A stretch of 64,000 bases of DNA from the NCBI GenBank assembly GCA_963422365.1, contig OY729426.1, positions 2,016,001 through 2,080,000 of the forward strand, written 5' to 3'. Positions 41,073 through 50,883 of this stretch are shown one piece after another. This DNA is from Nitrospirales bacterium (GTDB lineage Bacteria > Nitrospirota > Nitrospiria > Nitrospirales > UBA8639). Made by a program: the position numbers and the translations under genes. The notes below the pieces were generated by a model. That model ran no database searches. It worked only from the letters and a program-made list of their open reading frames with translations, and had not been told where the DNA came from. How positions within the stretch are numbered: position 1 is the stretch's first letter; each line of letters opens with the position of its first letter.

Positions 41073-41867
41073 TTATGATACACGATGACCCGCTGTTCCG
41101 GTTGGCACGGGCGTCTCCTCTTCAGGGTCATCCTTGTCTTCTTTTTCTTCAGAAGGTTTCGGAGTCATCCGCCCAAAAATTTTGGCGCCTAGAATGCCGA
41201 TTTCATACAAGACAATAAGTGGAATGGCCATTAAGAGCATCGTAAAAAGGGTGGCATCAGGCGTAATGAGCGCCGACACGATAAGCGCCAACAGGGCTGC
41301 GTGCCGACGATATCGCACTAAGTGCGTGAAAGACACCAAACCCGCCCGTGCCAAAAGAGACAGCGTTAACGGAACTTCAAACGCAAACCCAAAAGCCAAC
41401 AAAAACTTCACGTTGAAGTCGACATAGGTGCCAACGGCTAATTCGGGTTTGAGTTCACGCTCTAGCCCAAACGAAACGAAAAAGTCAATCACAAGCGGGA
41501 GGATCACGAGATTGCAAAAGACCAATCCCAGCACAAAAAATCCAGTTGCGAGTAAAAATAAAGGAATGCCCCAACCTTGCTCTCCTGGCAACAAGGCTGG
41601 TTGAACGAACCTCCAAAATTGATAAAGAATGACCGGCAGACTGGCCACAATCGCGGCAAGAAAAGAGATCTTGATCGACGCAAACAAGGCCTCAGCCGGT
41701 CCATAAAACAACAGATCATCCGCAAAGGGCCGCTTGAACCATTCAATCAAATCTGCAGAAACCGAAAACATCACGACAAACGCCACCATAATCGTCGCGC
41801 CAACAATAAGCAGCCGACGTTTAATGTCACTGATATGGCGAGTCAAAGGATGTGCGAGTGTGGCCAT
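41073..41867 (-). CDS. tatC: Twin-arginine translocase subunit TatC (copy 2)
   Basis: HPLTRHISDIKRRL, YQFWRFVQPAL, FEVPL, ITPDA, LYEIGI. Confidence 0.88.
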   Translation of the reverse strand: MATLAHPLTRHISDIKRRLLIVGATIMVAFVVMFSVSADLIEWFKRPFADDLLFYGPAEALFASIKISFLAAIVASLPVILYQFWRFVQPALLPGEQGWGIPLFLLATGFFVLGLVFCNLVILPLVIDFFVSFGLERELKPELAVGTYVDFNVKFLLAFGFAFEVPLTLSLLARAGLVSFTHLVRYRRHAALLALIVSALITPDATLFTMLLMAIPLIVLYEIGILGAKIFGRMTPKPSEEKEDKDDPEEETPVPTGTAGHRVS

Positions 41868-41909
41868 TATTCGTCGCGGAACGTTGAACCTGAAGCTGTC
41901 GACTACGAG

Positions 41910-42152
41910 TTACGAGGCTACAATGTTTTCTTGCTCATTCCGGTATTCGCGAATAAGCAGTGCCATTCGGTCCTTCTTGTCTAATTTTTCTTTCTGAATT
42001 TGTTTTTTGAGCAATTCTTCTTGAGGAGTTAACAGATGATTTTTCAGCAATGCTTGAAGTTGAACATCCAACTGATGATGCGTCTCTTGAAGTTCGCGAA
42101 AATCGGCACTGGTATGATGGAGGTGTTCGGCGATTTGGTCATCAGTGAGCAT
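41910..42152 (-). CDS. DUF465/YdcH-like small protein
   Basis: FRELQETHHQLD...KKQIQKEKLDKKDRM; RBS AGGAGG. Confidence 0.8.
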   Translation of the reverse strand: MLTDDQIAEHLHHTSADFRELQETHHQLDVQLQALLKNHLLTPQEELLKKQIQKEKLDKKDRMALLIREYRNEQENIVAS

Positions 42153-42189
42153 GAAGCCCCTCCTTTGTCACAAAAGAAGACGGTGAATA

Positions 42190-42708
42190 TCACTGTTGGA
42201 AATTGTCTGCATTCCAATCTGTCAATTGCAATTCCATCAGAATAGCATCCTCATCCGGGTTCATATAGTAGGACCGACGACGGCCATATTGCTGAAATCC
42301 CAATGCAGGATACAGCTTTTGCGCCAGAAAATTGCTTGCCCGGACTTCCAAGAGGGCCCGTGTCGTTCCTTGAGTGAGCCCTTCCTGGACGGCATGCCGA
42401 ACCAGATGACTTCCAATGCCTTGGTGTCGGCGGTCCGGACGCACCGCTAAGTTCATCAGTCGCAACTCGTCAAAGACCACCCAGTAACAGATATACCCCA
42501 GGATCTGCGTTGAGAGGCTTTTCTTATTTTTGCCAAATGCTCCGACGAACCGACCAAAGGGATTCCCCAGCAACTCCGCTTCAAACATTCCCCGAGTCCA
42601 AGGCTCTGAAAACGATTTTTGTTCAATAGCAAGGATATCGTCCAAATCCCGAGAGCCGAATGGGTGAATGTGCCAATCAACGCGGGATGAGATTCGGGTC
42701 ACCATCAT
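42190..42708 (-). CDS. rimI: Ribosomal protein S18 alanine N-acetyltransferase
   Basis: IEQKSFSEPW, NLAVRP.RRHQGIG, LEVRASN, RRSYY...EDAILM. Confidence 0.9.
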   Translation of the reverse strand: MMVTRISSRVDWHIHPFGSRDLDDILAIEQKSFSEPWTRGMFEAELLGNPFGRFVGAFGKNKKSLSTQILGYICYWVVFDELRLMNLAVRPDRRHQGIGSHLVRHAVQEGLTQGTTRALLEVRASNFLAQKLYPALGFQQYGRRRSYYMNPDEDAILMELQLTDWNADNFQQ

Positions 42709-42715
42709 GCAACAA

Positions 42716-43417
42716 TCAGGGTGACACATGCCGTCTTTTGACGTCCCATTGAATTTCCGCCTCTGAACGTTGAACATAATGAGGCGAGATATAAGACCCT
42801 GCGAGTTTTCCGGTTTGAAAAGAGTCTAAACTCGCTAACCCAACATGGTAGGCAGACGGGTTCATCGACTCCGACGAACCGCAGATGACAAGATCTCCCA
42901 ACGCTTCCATCATCGCGCGCTGATGACGCAACCATCCTTCTCCAAACAGGACCGTAGGTTGGCGAATTGAATCCATCATATCCTGAATCGTACCAACCTG
43001 ATCGTCCAGTAACCGAACCACGTATCCGCCTTTCCATTGGAACTGTGCCCAATACACTTCATTGGTCCTCGCCACCAACAGGGGACACACGGGATGCGCG
43101 GAGGTTCGGTGATTCCATGCCATAGCTTCCAACGTCGGCACGGTGACAAGGGGCAACCCCGTGACGGCTCGGAATCCTACCATAGTCGAAAGGCCTACAC
43201 GCAAACCCGTAAAAGACCCTGGGCCTACAGAAACAGCAAGCCCCTCAACCACCGAGAGCGAGCACTGTAGCGAGGTCAGGAGGGTTTGAATAGCAGGAAC
43301 CAGCGAACTGGCGTGAGAGGAACAGTTTTCTTGATTCTTTTGAGCCAATAACACCGTCTCATCCATGAAAGCCACGCTTTGGCACCGTGTAGCGGTTTCA
43401 ACCGCAAGGATTTTCAT
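42716..43417 (-). CDS. tsaB: t6A biosynthesis protein TsaB
   Basis: MKILAVETAT, GPGSFTGLRVG, PHYVQRSEAE. Confidence 0.94.
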   Translation of the reverse strand: MKILAVETATRCQSVAFMDETVLLAQKNQENCSSHASSLVPAIQTLLTSLQCSLSVVEGLAVSVGPGSFTGLRVGLSTMVGFRAVTGLPLVTVPTLEAMAWNHRTSAHPVCPLLVARTNEVYWAQFQWKGGYVVRLLDDQVGTIQDMMDSIRQPTVLFGEGWLRHQRAMMEALGDLVICGSSESMNPSAYHVGLASLDSFQTGKLAGSYISPHYVQRSEAEIQWDVKRRHVSP

Positions 43418-43462
43418 TTTTATTCCAAATATTCGTAGGGGCGGCCGGATAACCTGCCAGCA

Positions 43463-44302
43463 TCACCGAAGCTCAAACGGGGTCTCGGACAGTGGAACAT
43501 TGACGACAAGCTCAGAAAATTCGAATTTGATCGATCCTGAGGTTTTGTGGTCTTGAACCTCAACAAAAAAGGGCAGCTGAAGAGAACCCAATTGCCCATG
43601 CGATCCCTCTCGAACGTTTCGAAAATCCGAAGCGGTGAGGGTTGCCAGCATTTTTTCCTCAGCCGTGCGATATTCAATGGTTTGAATCCGAGCCGAATAC
43701 CGATCCACCCACACGTGTTGCAGACCACCAGACGAGTCATTCCAAGAATCCGCGAGAGACAGGGGCACGGTATATCGATAGGAGGTTTCCTCAACCTGAA
43801 CCTCGCGAAACTGATCTGCGGCCCATTGAATTTTTCCAAGGAGGACCTCTACCGCACGCAAACTTAATTGAACCGGAACGCGTAGGGTCCCAAGACGACG
43901 AAAATCATCCTGCACAGACCCGACCACGGGTTCCCTGTGTTCCGGCATGCGCAACGCATACGATGGTCCATGCAGCAAGAAATCAAAGGCCGTACCACCA
44001 AATCGAGTAAGCCCCTTAATGCGAATCGAGTGTGGTCGTTGGTAGAGCAGGATCCCTTGGATGCGTTGCGAAAAAAGCAAAAAGGGGCCTTGGATGTCAG
44101 CCTGAAACAATCCCTTTAAACTTGTAATATTCGCTTCACGGGCGTGGAGGGTCGCAAGAACTTCTTCGGGAGTCAACGCAGGTTCCAGCGCAACCGACGG
44201 TGAAGGAACACGACTGACACACGCGCCCAGGCTGAGGAACAGCACTCCGCCGGCAACCCACGTCAAGAAAGGGCTCTTGAGGGAAAACCAATACCAGCAC
44301 AC
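43463..44302 (-). CDS. Lipoprotein, LolA/LolB-like fold (DUF4292-like)
   Basis: Lipobox LGAC; beta-rich body; lies in the operon between radA and tsaB. Confidence 0.65.
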   Translation of the reverse strand: MCWYWFSLKSPFLTWVAGGVLFLSLGACVSRVPSPSVALEPALTPEEVLATLHAREANITSLKGLFQADIQGPFLLFSQRIQGILLYQRPHSIRIKGLTRFGGTAFDFLLHGPSYALRMPEHREPVVGSVQDDFRRLGTLRVPVQLSLRAVEVLLGKIQWAADQFREVQVEETSYRYTVPLSLADSWNDSSGGLQHVWVDRYSARIQTIEYRTAEEKMLATLTASDFRNVREGSHGQLGSLQLPFFVEVQDHKTSGSIKFEFSELVVNVPLSETPFELR

Positions 44303-44321
44303 GTGCGCCTCTAACCCACGA

Positions 44322-45704
44322 CTACGAAGCTGATGTCACCACGTGATCGAACACTTCACCGACTTCGTGAACCCCATAGAGTTCAATTCCCGGGTTACTC
44401 AAGTGTTTGGTCATATTCCCCTGAGGTAACACGCACCGTTGAAATCCTAATTTCATGGCTTCACGAATTCGCAAATCGACTTGACTGACTGGGCGAATCT
44501 CCCCTCCCAAGCCGACTTCCCCAATGCAGCACGTTTGACCATCAAGTGCATGGTCACGAAAACTGGATACGATGGCCGCAACGATTCCAACGTCAATCGC
44601 GGGTTCGTCGAGTCGAAGCCCTCCAACCACGTTGAGATACACGTCCTGTCCTGACAGATGTAAGCCTAATCGTTTTTCCAGCACGGCGAGCAGGAGAGCC
44701 ATCCGATTCAATTCCACGCCGTTCGCCATGCGCTTGGGTATCGCATACCCCGTTGCCATCACCAAGGCTTGCAGTTCAACCAAAATCGGGCGGCTCCCCT
44801 CCAGACTCGACACCACGACCGACCCCGTGTTTTTGGCAGGCCGTCCCGCCAAAAACAGTTCAGAGGGATTGGCCACCTCCTGCAACCCTCCGTCGTTCAT
44901 TTCAAACACGCCAATTTCATTGGTCGCCCCAAACCGATTCTTCACGGCCCGCAGAATCCGGTAGGCATGGCCCTTGTCACCTTCAAAATACAAGACGGTA
45001 TCGACAATATGCTCAAGCAGTTTGGGACCGGCAATCATTCCCTCTTTCGTCACATGCCCAATGACGAATACCGGCACTCCCGTTCGTTTAGCATACCACA
45101 TGAGTTGGCACGCCACTTCCTGCACCTGGCTGATCGTTCCGGGAGCAGACGCGACCTGTTCGGTAAAGACGGTCTGAACGGAATCCACGACCAGAGCTGT
45201 TGGGTGAAGGGTATTCGCGACTTTGAGCAAATCTTCAAGAGAGGTTTCCGTTAAGATATACAATGAGGAACTTAAGACTCCCAGACGATCCCCGCGCATT
45301 TTGATTTGTTGAGCAGATTCTTCACCCGTGACATAGAGTACCGGCGGATTTCGTTGTTCCAGCCCATGCAGGGCCTGGAGCAGCAAGGTGGTCTTTCCAA
45401 TGCCGGGGTCACCGCCAACCAAGACAATTGACCCAGGGACCACGCCGCCCCCCAGTACGCGATCGAACTCGGTTAACCCTATCGCAAAACGCATTTCCGT
45501 GGTGACGGCCACTTCCTTGATCGGCACCGCAGACTCCTTGTTGCCAATCGCCCTTTTTCCATGGGATTCGGTCCGACGCCCACAGGTACTGTCCTCTTTC
45601 AGAGAGTTCCACTGTCCACAATCCGGACAACGCCCTGCCCACCGTGGTGTTTGGCCTCCACAATCTTGGCAGACGAAAATCGTGCGAGATTTACCGGATT
45701 TCAT
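44322..45704 (-). CDS. radA: DNA repair protein RadA/Sms
   Basis: C4 Zn finger, GGDPGIGKTT, KNRFG, Lon-like C-terminus. Confidence 0.97.
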   Translation of the reverse strand: MKSGKSRTIFVCQDCGGQTPRWAGRCPDCGQWNSLKEDSTCGRRTESHGKRAIGNKESAVPIKEVAVTTEMRFAIGLTEFDRVLGGGVVPGSIVLVGGDPGIGKTTLLLQALHGLEQRNPPVLYVTGEESAQQIKMRGDRLGVLSSSLYILTETSLEDLLKVANTLHPTALVVDSVQTVFTEQVASAPGTISQVQEVACQLMWYAKRTGVPVFVIGHVTKEGMIAGPKLLEHIVDTVLYFEGDKGHAYRILRAVKNRFGATNEIGVFEMNDGGLQEVANPSELFLAGRPAKNTGSVVVSSLEGSRPILVELQALVMATGYAIPKRMANGVELNRMALLLAVLEKRLGLHLSGQDVYLNVVGGLRLDEPAIDVGIVAAIVSSFRDHALDGQTCCIGEVGLGGEIRPVSQVDLRIREAMKLGFQRCVLPQGNMTKHLSNPGIELYGVHEVGEVFDHVVTSAS

Positions 45705-45737
45705 AAGACGTGTGCGCAGTCGATGACTCGTCGGTGG

Positions 45738-46640
45738 TTATAATTGTTTCCGGACTTCTTTCCATGAGCTTACGATCTTTACACGTCGTGGATATTTCTT
45801 TTTTTCTCTCGGATCGGGAAAGATCACTGTCTTGACTCGCTGTTTCACCAACGTGTGAGCAAATTCCCACGTTTGCCCAATGCCGGCTTCCAGATTATCC
45901 CACCCTCCCTCTCGTAACGTTTCCATAAACGCCAACAAGGCCTTGGCGTCTTGGGGAACCATTTTGGTGATCCCAACGGGAAAGTCGTGTCGTCTCAACC
46001 ATTCACGGGTTTCGTGCAGAGCCGTGCCTTGATGCTCATGCAAATACATCACGTTGTAATAAAATTCAGCCAACTTCGATAGCTCATGCGAAGCATTCTC
46101 CTGAGGCTTTCCCAAGGTCTCGAGGTTCGCGATAGCAGGAAGAATAGGCAGCGGACCCACGATCGAATCATCTTTTTGAAGAAGGGTAGAAAAATCCACC
46201 AATAAAATTGGGCGCCGGCGTTCCCAAGATGCCAGATTCCCTGTCCCTTTCACGGACTCAACACGCCGGCTGGATGCAACGGTGGCAACAATCTTGTGAT
46301 TGCCCCGCATGGGGATCTTAAATTCCAAAAAGGCTCGGCCATCTCCACCGGTGAGCGCCGTACCGGCATGCTGGCCCTGAACGGTAAAGGTGATGGTTTC
46401 TCCTCCCAAGCCGTTGTTGCCTAATAACCCTTTTTCAATCAATGTGGCCGTCAACATGACGGATGTCCCGGGTCGAGCCAGGACGTCCTCGACAATCAGG
46501 TGCCCCGTCACTGTATCCTGCGCCGTGGTCATGCCAGGAGTGAAAAGGAAGCCGATACAGGTCAACAAGACGAAGTGGAAGGGGAAAACACCGTTCACAA
46601 AAAAAATCCTAAAGAACGTCAAATCGTAGGCCTGCCACAC
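45738..46640 (-). CDS. Exported hypothetical protein (Ig-like domain + degenerate HAD/LNS2-like domain)
   Basis: Signal-like N-terminus, TGGDGRA Ig-like motif, ILLVD and TREWLRRHDFPVG. Start codon uncertain. Confidence 0.65.
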   Translation of the reverse strand: MWQAYDLTFFRIFFVNGVFPFHFVLLTCIGFLFTPGMTTAQDTVTGHLIVEDVLARPGTSVMLTATLIEKGLLGNNGLGGETITFTVQGQHAGTALTGGDGRAFLEFKIPMRGNHKIVATVASSRRVESVKGTGNLASWERRRPILLVDFSTLLQKDDSIVGPLPILPAIANLETLGKPQENASHELSKLAEFYYNVMYLHEHQGTALHETREWLRRHDFPVGITKMVPQDAKALLAFMETLREGGWDNLEAGIGQTWEFAHTLVKQRVKTVIFPDPREKKKYPRRVKIVSSWKEVRKQL

Positions 46641-46758
46641 TTGAAACCGCTTTCACGGTGATACCGTAGCATGTCGATCTTGGGTAGATCCAGACAGGAT
46701 TTCTCACCCGGATACAAAAGGGGCAGGACTAGGATGTTGGCCCGATGGCAGTATTGAT

Positions 46759-47043
46759 CTAGCCGAGTTTCCGGTTCTGAAGCTCTTGGACATACACCTT
46801 CTGATACAGCACCTCCCATTCCGAGGAGCCTTCCGGAATATGGCGGGAGTAGGAGGTAAGGTGGGATCGGACTACCCGATGAATGTGCTCCTCGGTTTTC
46901 ATCGAGTCCGTCACAACGCGTTTAATTTCTTTCAATGCTTGAGCGGAAGCACCACGAAGCGTTCCTTCAGGCGTCCGTTGAAGGACCTGAAGAATCACAT
47001 GGGAAAGATGCGTGTACTTGTCGTCAGATAAGAGAGGGAACAT
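46759..47043 (-). CDS. DUF507-family protein
   Basis: LSDDKYTHLSH...IPEGSSEWEVLYQK. Confidence 0.78.
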   Translation of the reverse strand: MFPLLSDDKYTHLSHVILQVLQRTPEGTLRGASAQALKEIKRVVTDSMKTEEHIHRVVRSHLTSYSRHIPEGSSEWEVLYQKVYVQELQNRKLG

Positions 47044-47060
47044 GGCGACAGCCGTTGATC

Positions 47061-47342
47061 TTATAGAACCAACCCGCGCTCCTTGACCAACTTGTTTTTC
47101 ACCATCGTGAACATCCGTTGGTAATCCAATCGACCGCTTTCAAACTCTACGTCGTATTGTTGTAAGAGAACCTGAATTTCGGCATGAAGCAGGGCTTCCA
47201 CGGAAAGCTCACCAGTGATGGCTTTCCTGACGGCATCGATCAAACGCTTCTTCGACTCTGAAATCTCCAAAAGCCTTTGTTCCTCCAAGCGCTCAACAAC
47301 AGCCGTTGCCAGTAATCGAATGCGTTCTTCGGTCACTCGCAT
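47061..47342 (-). CDS. DUF507-family protein
   Basis: MRVTEERI...DYQRMFTMVKNKLVKERGLVL. Confidence 0.8.
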   Translation of the reverse strand: MRVTEERIRLLATAVVERLEEQRLLEISESKKRLIDAVRKAITGELSVEALLHAEIQVLLQQYDVEFESGRLDYQRMFTMVKNKLVKERGLVL

Positions 47343-47346
47343 CGTG

Positions 47347-47736
47347 TTATGAAGAAACTTTTTCGACTTTCATCATCGTCGCGCCAACGGCTTCATGGAG
47401 CACTGTTGGGTCTCCAATCAATCGGCCAACGATGTTCACCCGATCAGCAGGGACAGGATCTTCGCCAATACTCATGGGGGTCCGCCCCCAAAAAACAGCT
47501 AGCATCCCACCAAGCCCCCAAAACGCGACGTCGCCCACTTTCACGTTCGTCGTCGCGGTTTCACGGTAGTCCTTGACTCCGGGAAGCTTGCAATAAAATT
47601 CCTCTCCCCATTGGTTCACCGTTGCTTCAACCGGCAAGACATCGTAGATATCCTGGGCCGTGCGCATAGGCTTTAACTCTGCTTCCAAAACAACGCCGCC
47701 AATCGTAATTTTAATCCGCTTCGGTTTTTCTTCCAT
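47347..47736 (-). CDS. Cyclophilin-like fold protein (DUF369-type)
   Basis: TAQDIYDVLP...NQWGEEFY, GDVAFW, FWGRTPMS; RBS AGGAG. Confidence 0.85.
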   Translation of the reverse strand: MEEKPKRIKITIGGVVLEAELKPMRTAQDIYDVLPVEATVNQWGEEFYCKLPGVKDYRETATTNVKVGDVAFWGLGGMLAVFWGRTPMSIGEDPVPADRVNIVGRLIGDPTVLHEAVGATMMKVEKVSS

Positions 47737-47856
47737 ATCCGCTGTATCACTCCTTGCTCCATAAATGAGCACCCCATTTTCTTGAATTTTGTAGAAGCAA
47801 ACTGTAGCGTGTTTCAAAAAGCAAAATCAAGAATCAGGAGGCCGCATGATTCCGTC

Positions 47857-48618
47857 ATGCTTGAATGTTCGTTCATTTTTCTAAATGGTATTGGAGAAAC
47901 CACGGAACAACGTCTGTGGTCCAATGGCATGACCCACTGGCAGCAATTCCTGGAGACCTCCACTGCCTTGGGCATCAGTCCTACACGCAAAGCGCTTTAT
48001 GATCGTGAAGTTCAACAAGCGTGGGACGATTTTCGACGCGCGCAATGGCGCAAGGTGGCCAAGCGGTTCAAGGCAACCTATCATTGGCGACTGTTCGAAG
48101 CCTTTCGCACGCGGACAGTGTTCTTAGATATCGAAACCACTGGATACCCGGCCGGAGAAGGTGAGATCACCATGGTCGGTTTGTACGCCAATCACACGAT
48201 GACCACGCTGGTTCGTCACCAGAACTTGACCCTGGATCGCTTGCAGGAGGAACTGTCCAATTATGACCTGATCGTGACATTTTGGGGATCGGGGTTTGAT
48301 CTGCCGTATTTGCGGGCGAGCTACCCGCAATTGGATCTCACCCACGCCCATTTCGACACGTGTTTTGCGGCCAGGCGCTTAGGATTACGAGGCGGGTTAA
48401 AACACATCGAAGCCGAACTCGGACTGACTCGATCCGACGACCTTCAAGGCCTGCATGGCTGGGATGCCGTCAATCTGTGGCATACATGGCAAGCTGGAGA
48501 TGAGCAGGCTGGAGAGACTCTGACTGAGTACAATGAGGCGGACGTCAGAAATCTCGAACCACTTGCCGACTATCTGTATCAAGCCCTTCAGAACCGGCAC
48601 GGACCCGTTCACGATTGA
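47857..48618 (+). CDS. YprB-like RNase H-superfamily exonuclease
   Basis: FLDIETTG, FDLPYL, GGLKHIE, YNEADV. Confidence 0.88.
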   Translation: MLECSFIFLNGIGETTEQRLWSNGMTHWQQFLETSTALGISPTRKALYDREVQQAWDDFRRAQWRKVAKRFKATYHWRLFEAFRTRTVFLDIETTGYPAGEGEITMVGLYANHTMTTLVRHQNLTLDRLQEELSNYDLIVTFWGSGFDLPYLRASYPQLDLTHAHFDTCFAARRLGLRGGLKHIEAELGLTRSDDLQGLHGWDAVNLWHTWQAGDEQAGETLTEYNEADVRNLEPLADYLYQALQNRHGPVHD

Positions 48619-48620
48619 CC

Positions 48621-49541
48621 ATGGACCGCACTGCGCAATGGCATGGAGTCGGCGTGACGGACATCGGCTCCGTACGCCTCACGAACCAGGATGCCTTCCT
48701 AGTTTCAAATGAACTGGGGTTATGGATTGTTGCCGACGGCATGGGAGGGCATGCAGGAGGCGACGTCGCCAGCCAAAAAACCGTAGAAGCGATTCACGGC
48801 TATTTCACGGAACATGCAGACCAACGGCCAACGGCCAAGACCGAGGCAATCCCCTCTTTTTTGCAGTCGGCGATCATGCACGCCAACTTAACCGTTCGTG
48901 ACTATGCTAAAGCCAATCCCGAATTCACCGATATGGGAACAACCGTCGTCCTTCTCTTTTTGCCTTCACCCGCCTCCTCTGTCGCGTGGATCGCCCATGC
49001 AGGTGACAGCCGTGCCTATCTCATTCGCGATCAACGGGTTTCCCCATTGACCAGAGATCACACCGTGCTCGCAGAACGCATACAAAGAGGATTCCTGCCA
49101 AGCTCAACGCCGGCAAGTCACCCATTCGGGCACGTGCTCACCCGAGGCGTTGGAGTAAGCCCCACGGTCAAAACCGACGTCTCACAAATAAACCTTCAGC
49201 TAACAGATGAAGTTCTCTTATGTAGTGACGGCCTGAATAAAATGTTGGATGACGATCAAATTCTGGACACTCTGAAGGCGATGCGCACGCAGCCACCGGA
49301 AGAAAAATGTCAGGCACTCATCAAGCAAGCCAATGTTCGGGGAGGCCAAGACAATACGACCGTGATCTTGATCGCAACGGACAAGACCACAAGAACAACC
49401 CCTCAACCGACTACGCTACCTGGGGTGCCGAAACAAAAGAGGCTGTTCCGAACACAATCAACGTGGTCCGTAGCGAAGGAACCCACTCGAAACACATGCT
49501 CCGGCTACGGCGTTCTCCCCATGGTCTGGCACGTGATATAG
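48621..49541 (+). CDS. PP2C-family Ser/Thr phosphatase
   Basis: NQD, VADGMGGHAGG, MGTT, AHAGDSRAY, LCSDGL, GGQDNTT. Confidence 0.92.
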   Translation: MDRTAQWHGVGVTDIGSVRLTNQDAFLVSNELGLWIVADGMGGHAGGDVASQKTVEAIHGYFTEHADQRPTAKTEAIPSFLQSAIMHANLTVRDYAKANPEFTDMGTTVVLLFLPSPASSVAWIAHAGDSRAYLIRDQRVSPLTRDHTVLAERIQRGFLPSSTPASHPFGHVLTRGVGVSPTVKTDVSQINLQLTDEVLLCSDGLNKMLDDDQILDTLKAMRTQPPEEKCQALIKQANVRGGQDNTTVILIATDKTTRTTPQPTTLPGVPKQKRLFRTQSTWSVAKEPTRNTCSGYGVLPMVWHVI

Positions 49542-49669
49542 GTGGCACAACTCCATTCATAGAATTGTACGACCAGCCACAGCATCAAAGGGATCGTAAT
49601 TGCCACAAGCATGGCAAAAAACAGGACGCGTACAGGAACAGGAAGTTTTGTTATAGGCAAGGAACCCAT
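49505..49669 (-). CDS. Small single-pass membrane protein (54 aa)
   Basis: Manual translation MGSLPITKLPVPVRVLFFAMLVAITIPLMLWLVVQFYEWSCATYITCQTMGRTP, 20 nt downstream of ribE. Confidence 0.55.
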   Translation of the reverse strand: MGSLPITKLPVPVRVLFFAMLVAITIPLMLWLVVQFYEWSCATYITCQTMGRTP

Positions 49670-49689
49670 CGATGCTCGTTGATCTTCCG

Positions 49690-50346
49690 TTATGTCAGTC
49701 CGTGTTTTTGTAGATAGTCTCGGTCGATGACTGGAGCCGCTTTTTTCGGCAACTTGCCGCTATGGTGAAGCAACCGCTCGACATATTTTCCAATCAAGTC
49801 CGACTCCAGATTGACGGCATCCCCAGACTGCTTGATCCCGAGTGTCGTGACGTGGGCCGTGTAGGGAATCATCGCCACGGTCACACCGTGCTCTAACACC
49901 GTATTGACCGTCAGACTCACACCATCCACGGTGATTGATCCTTTTTGAATGCAATACCGAAGAATGGGTTCCGGCACTTCGAACGTCAGCAGCAAGGTGT
50001 CGCCCGTTTGAGTTCGCTCTCGAAGGATGCCGGTTCCATCGACATGACCGGTCACGAGATGCCCCCCCATGCGGTCATTCAATTTCAAAGCCCGCTCCAG
50101 GTTCACCGCCGTCCCTACCCTGAGCATGTCCAACGTGGTGACGCTCAAGGTTTCTACTGATACATCAACCGAAAAATCCGTTTCACCAATATCAGAGGCC
50201 GTCAAGCAGGCCCCAGAGACATTCACGCTGTCACCAAGCCGAAGATCCTTGAGAATGGTACCCGCCAAAATCGACACGCGCGCACCGCCAAGTCCTCGCT
50301 CAAAGGATTTCACCACGCCCATTTCTTCGACAATCCCGCTAAACAT
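49690..50346 (-). CDS. ribE: Riboflavin synthase (alpha chain)
   Basis: MFSGIVEE, VNLERAL, GGHLVTGHVDG, KGSITVDGVSLTVN. Confidence 0.96.
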   Translation of the reverse strand: MFSGIVEEMGVVKSFERGLGGARVSILAGTILKDLRLGDSVNVSGACLTASDIGETDFSVDVSVETLSVTTLDMLRVGTAVNLERALKLNDRMGGHLVTGHVDGTGILRERTQTGDTLLLTFEVPEPILRYCIQKGSITVDGVSLTVNTVLEHGVTVAMIPYTAHVTTLGIKQSGDAVNLESDLIGKYVERLLHHSGKLPKKAAPVIDRDYLQKHGLT

Positions 50347-50351
50347 CTGAC

Positions 50352-50477
50352 TTAATCCTTATCGCCACTAAAAAAAACCATGCGAAACACAACAATAAAA
50401 ACCACGAGCAACACGACCACGCCAGCACCGGCCAACAAACCAATGATGACATCACCTGTTGTCATGCCTTCTTCCAT
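50352..50477 (-). CDS. Small single-pass membrane protein (41 aa)
   Basis: Manual translation MEEGMTTGDVIIGLLAGAGVVVLLVVFIVVFRMVFFSGDKD; AAGGA upstream; stop 5 nt before the ribE start. Confidence 0.65.
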   Translation of the reverse strand: MEEGMTTGDVIIGLLAGAGVVVLLVVFIVVFRMVFFSGDKD

Positions 50478-50539
50478 GCCTGTCGATCCTTTCCGTCGAC
50501 GATCAGCGGCACGGTTAGAGAAGCTGAACGCCAGACCGC

Positions 50540-50700
50540 CGACTGTTCACCACTCAAAAACCTACCGCCGCAATCACTTGTAAGCATCCAATGAGGCCAA
50601 CATCTCAGTATAGCCGATTGCGGCTACGAGCACACCTGCCACGATCGGCCCGCTGGCATGCTCTCCATGATGGTGCCACGCAATCCCATGCCTGCCCCGA
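50540..50700 (-). pseudogene. Possible C-terminal remnant of an MFS transporter
   Basis: Across frameshifts reads GAGMGLRGTIME / HASGPIVAGVLVAAIGY, resembling the last MFS helices. Confidence 0.4.
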
Positions 50701-50855
50701 CATTGTCGGCTTTTTCTAGGATAACACACCAGAGGATGAGATAAAACGAGAGCACGGCTCATCAGAACGTCCCACCCCTGTGAAGATCCAACTCACGCAC
50801 GGTTTACTCGTGGGCATTGGTGATACCGGTCATCGTGGTTTTATGGCGGAAGGAA

Positions 50856-50883
50856 GGTCGGGTTAGTGGAACCTAACCCGACC
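50856..50883. repeat. REP-like perfect hairpin
   Basis: GGTCGGGTTAG-TGGAAC-CTAACCCGACC; shares TAACCCGAC with the element at 25279. Confidence 0.6.
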
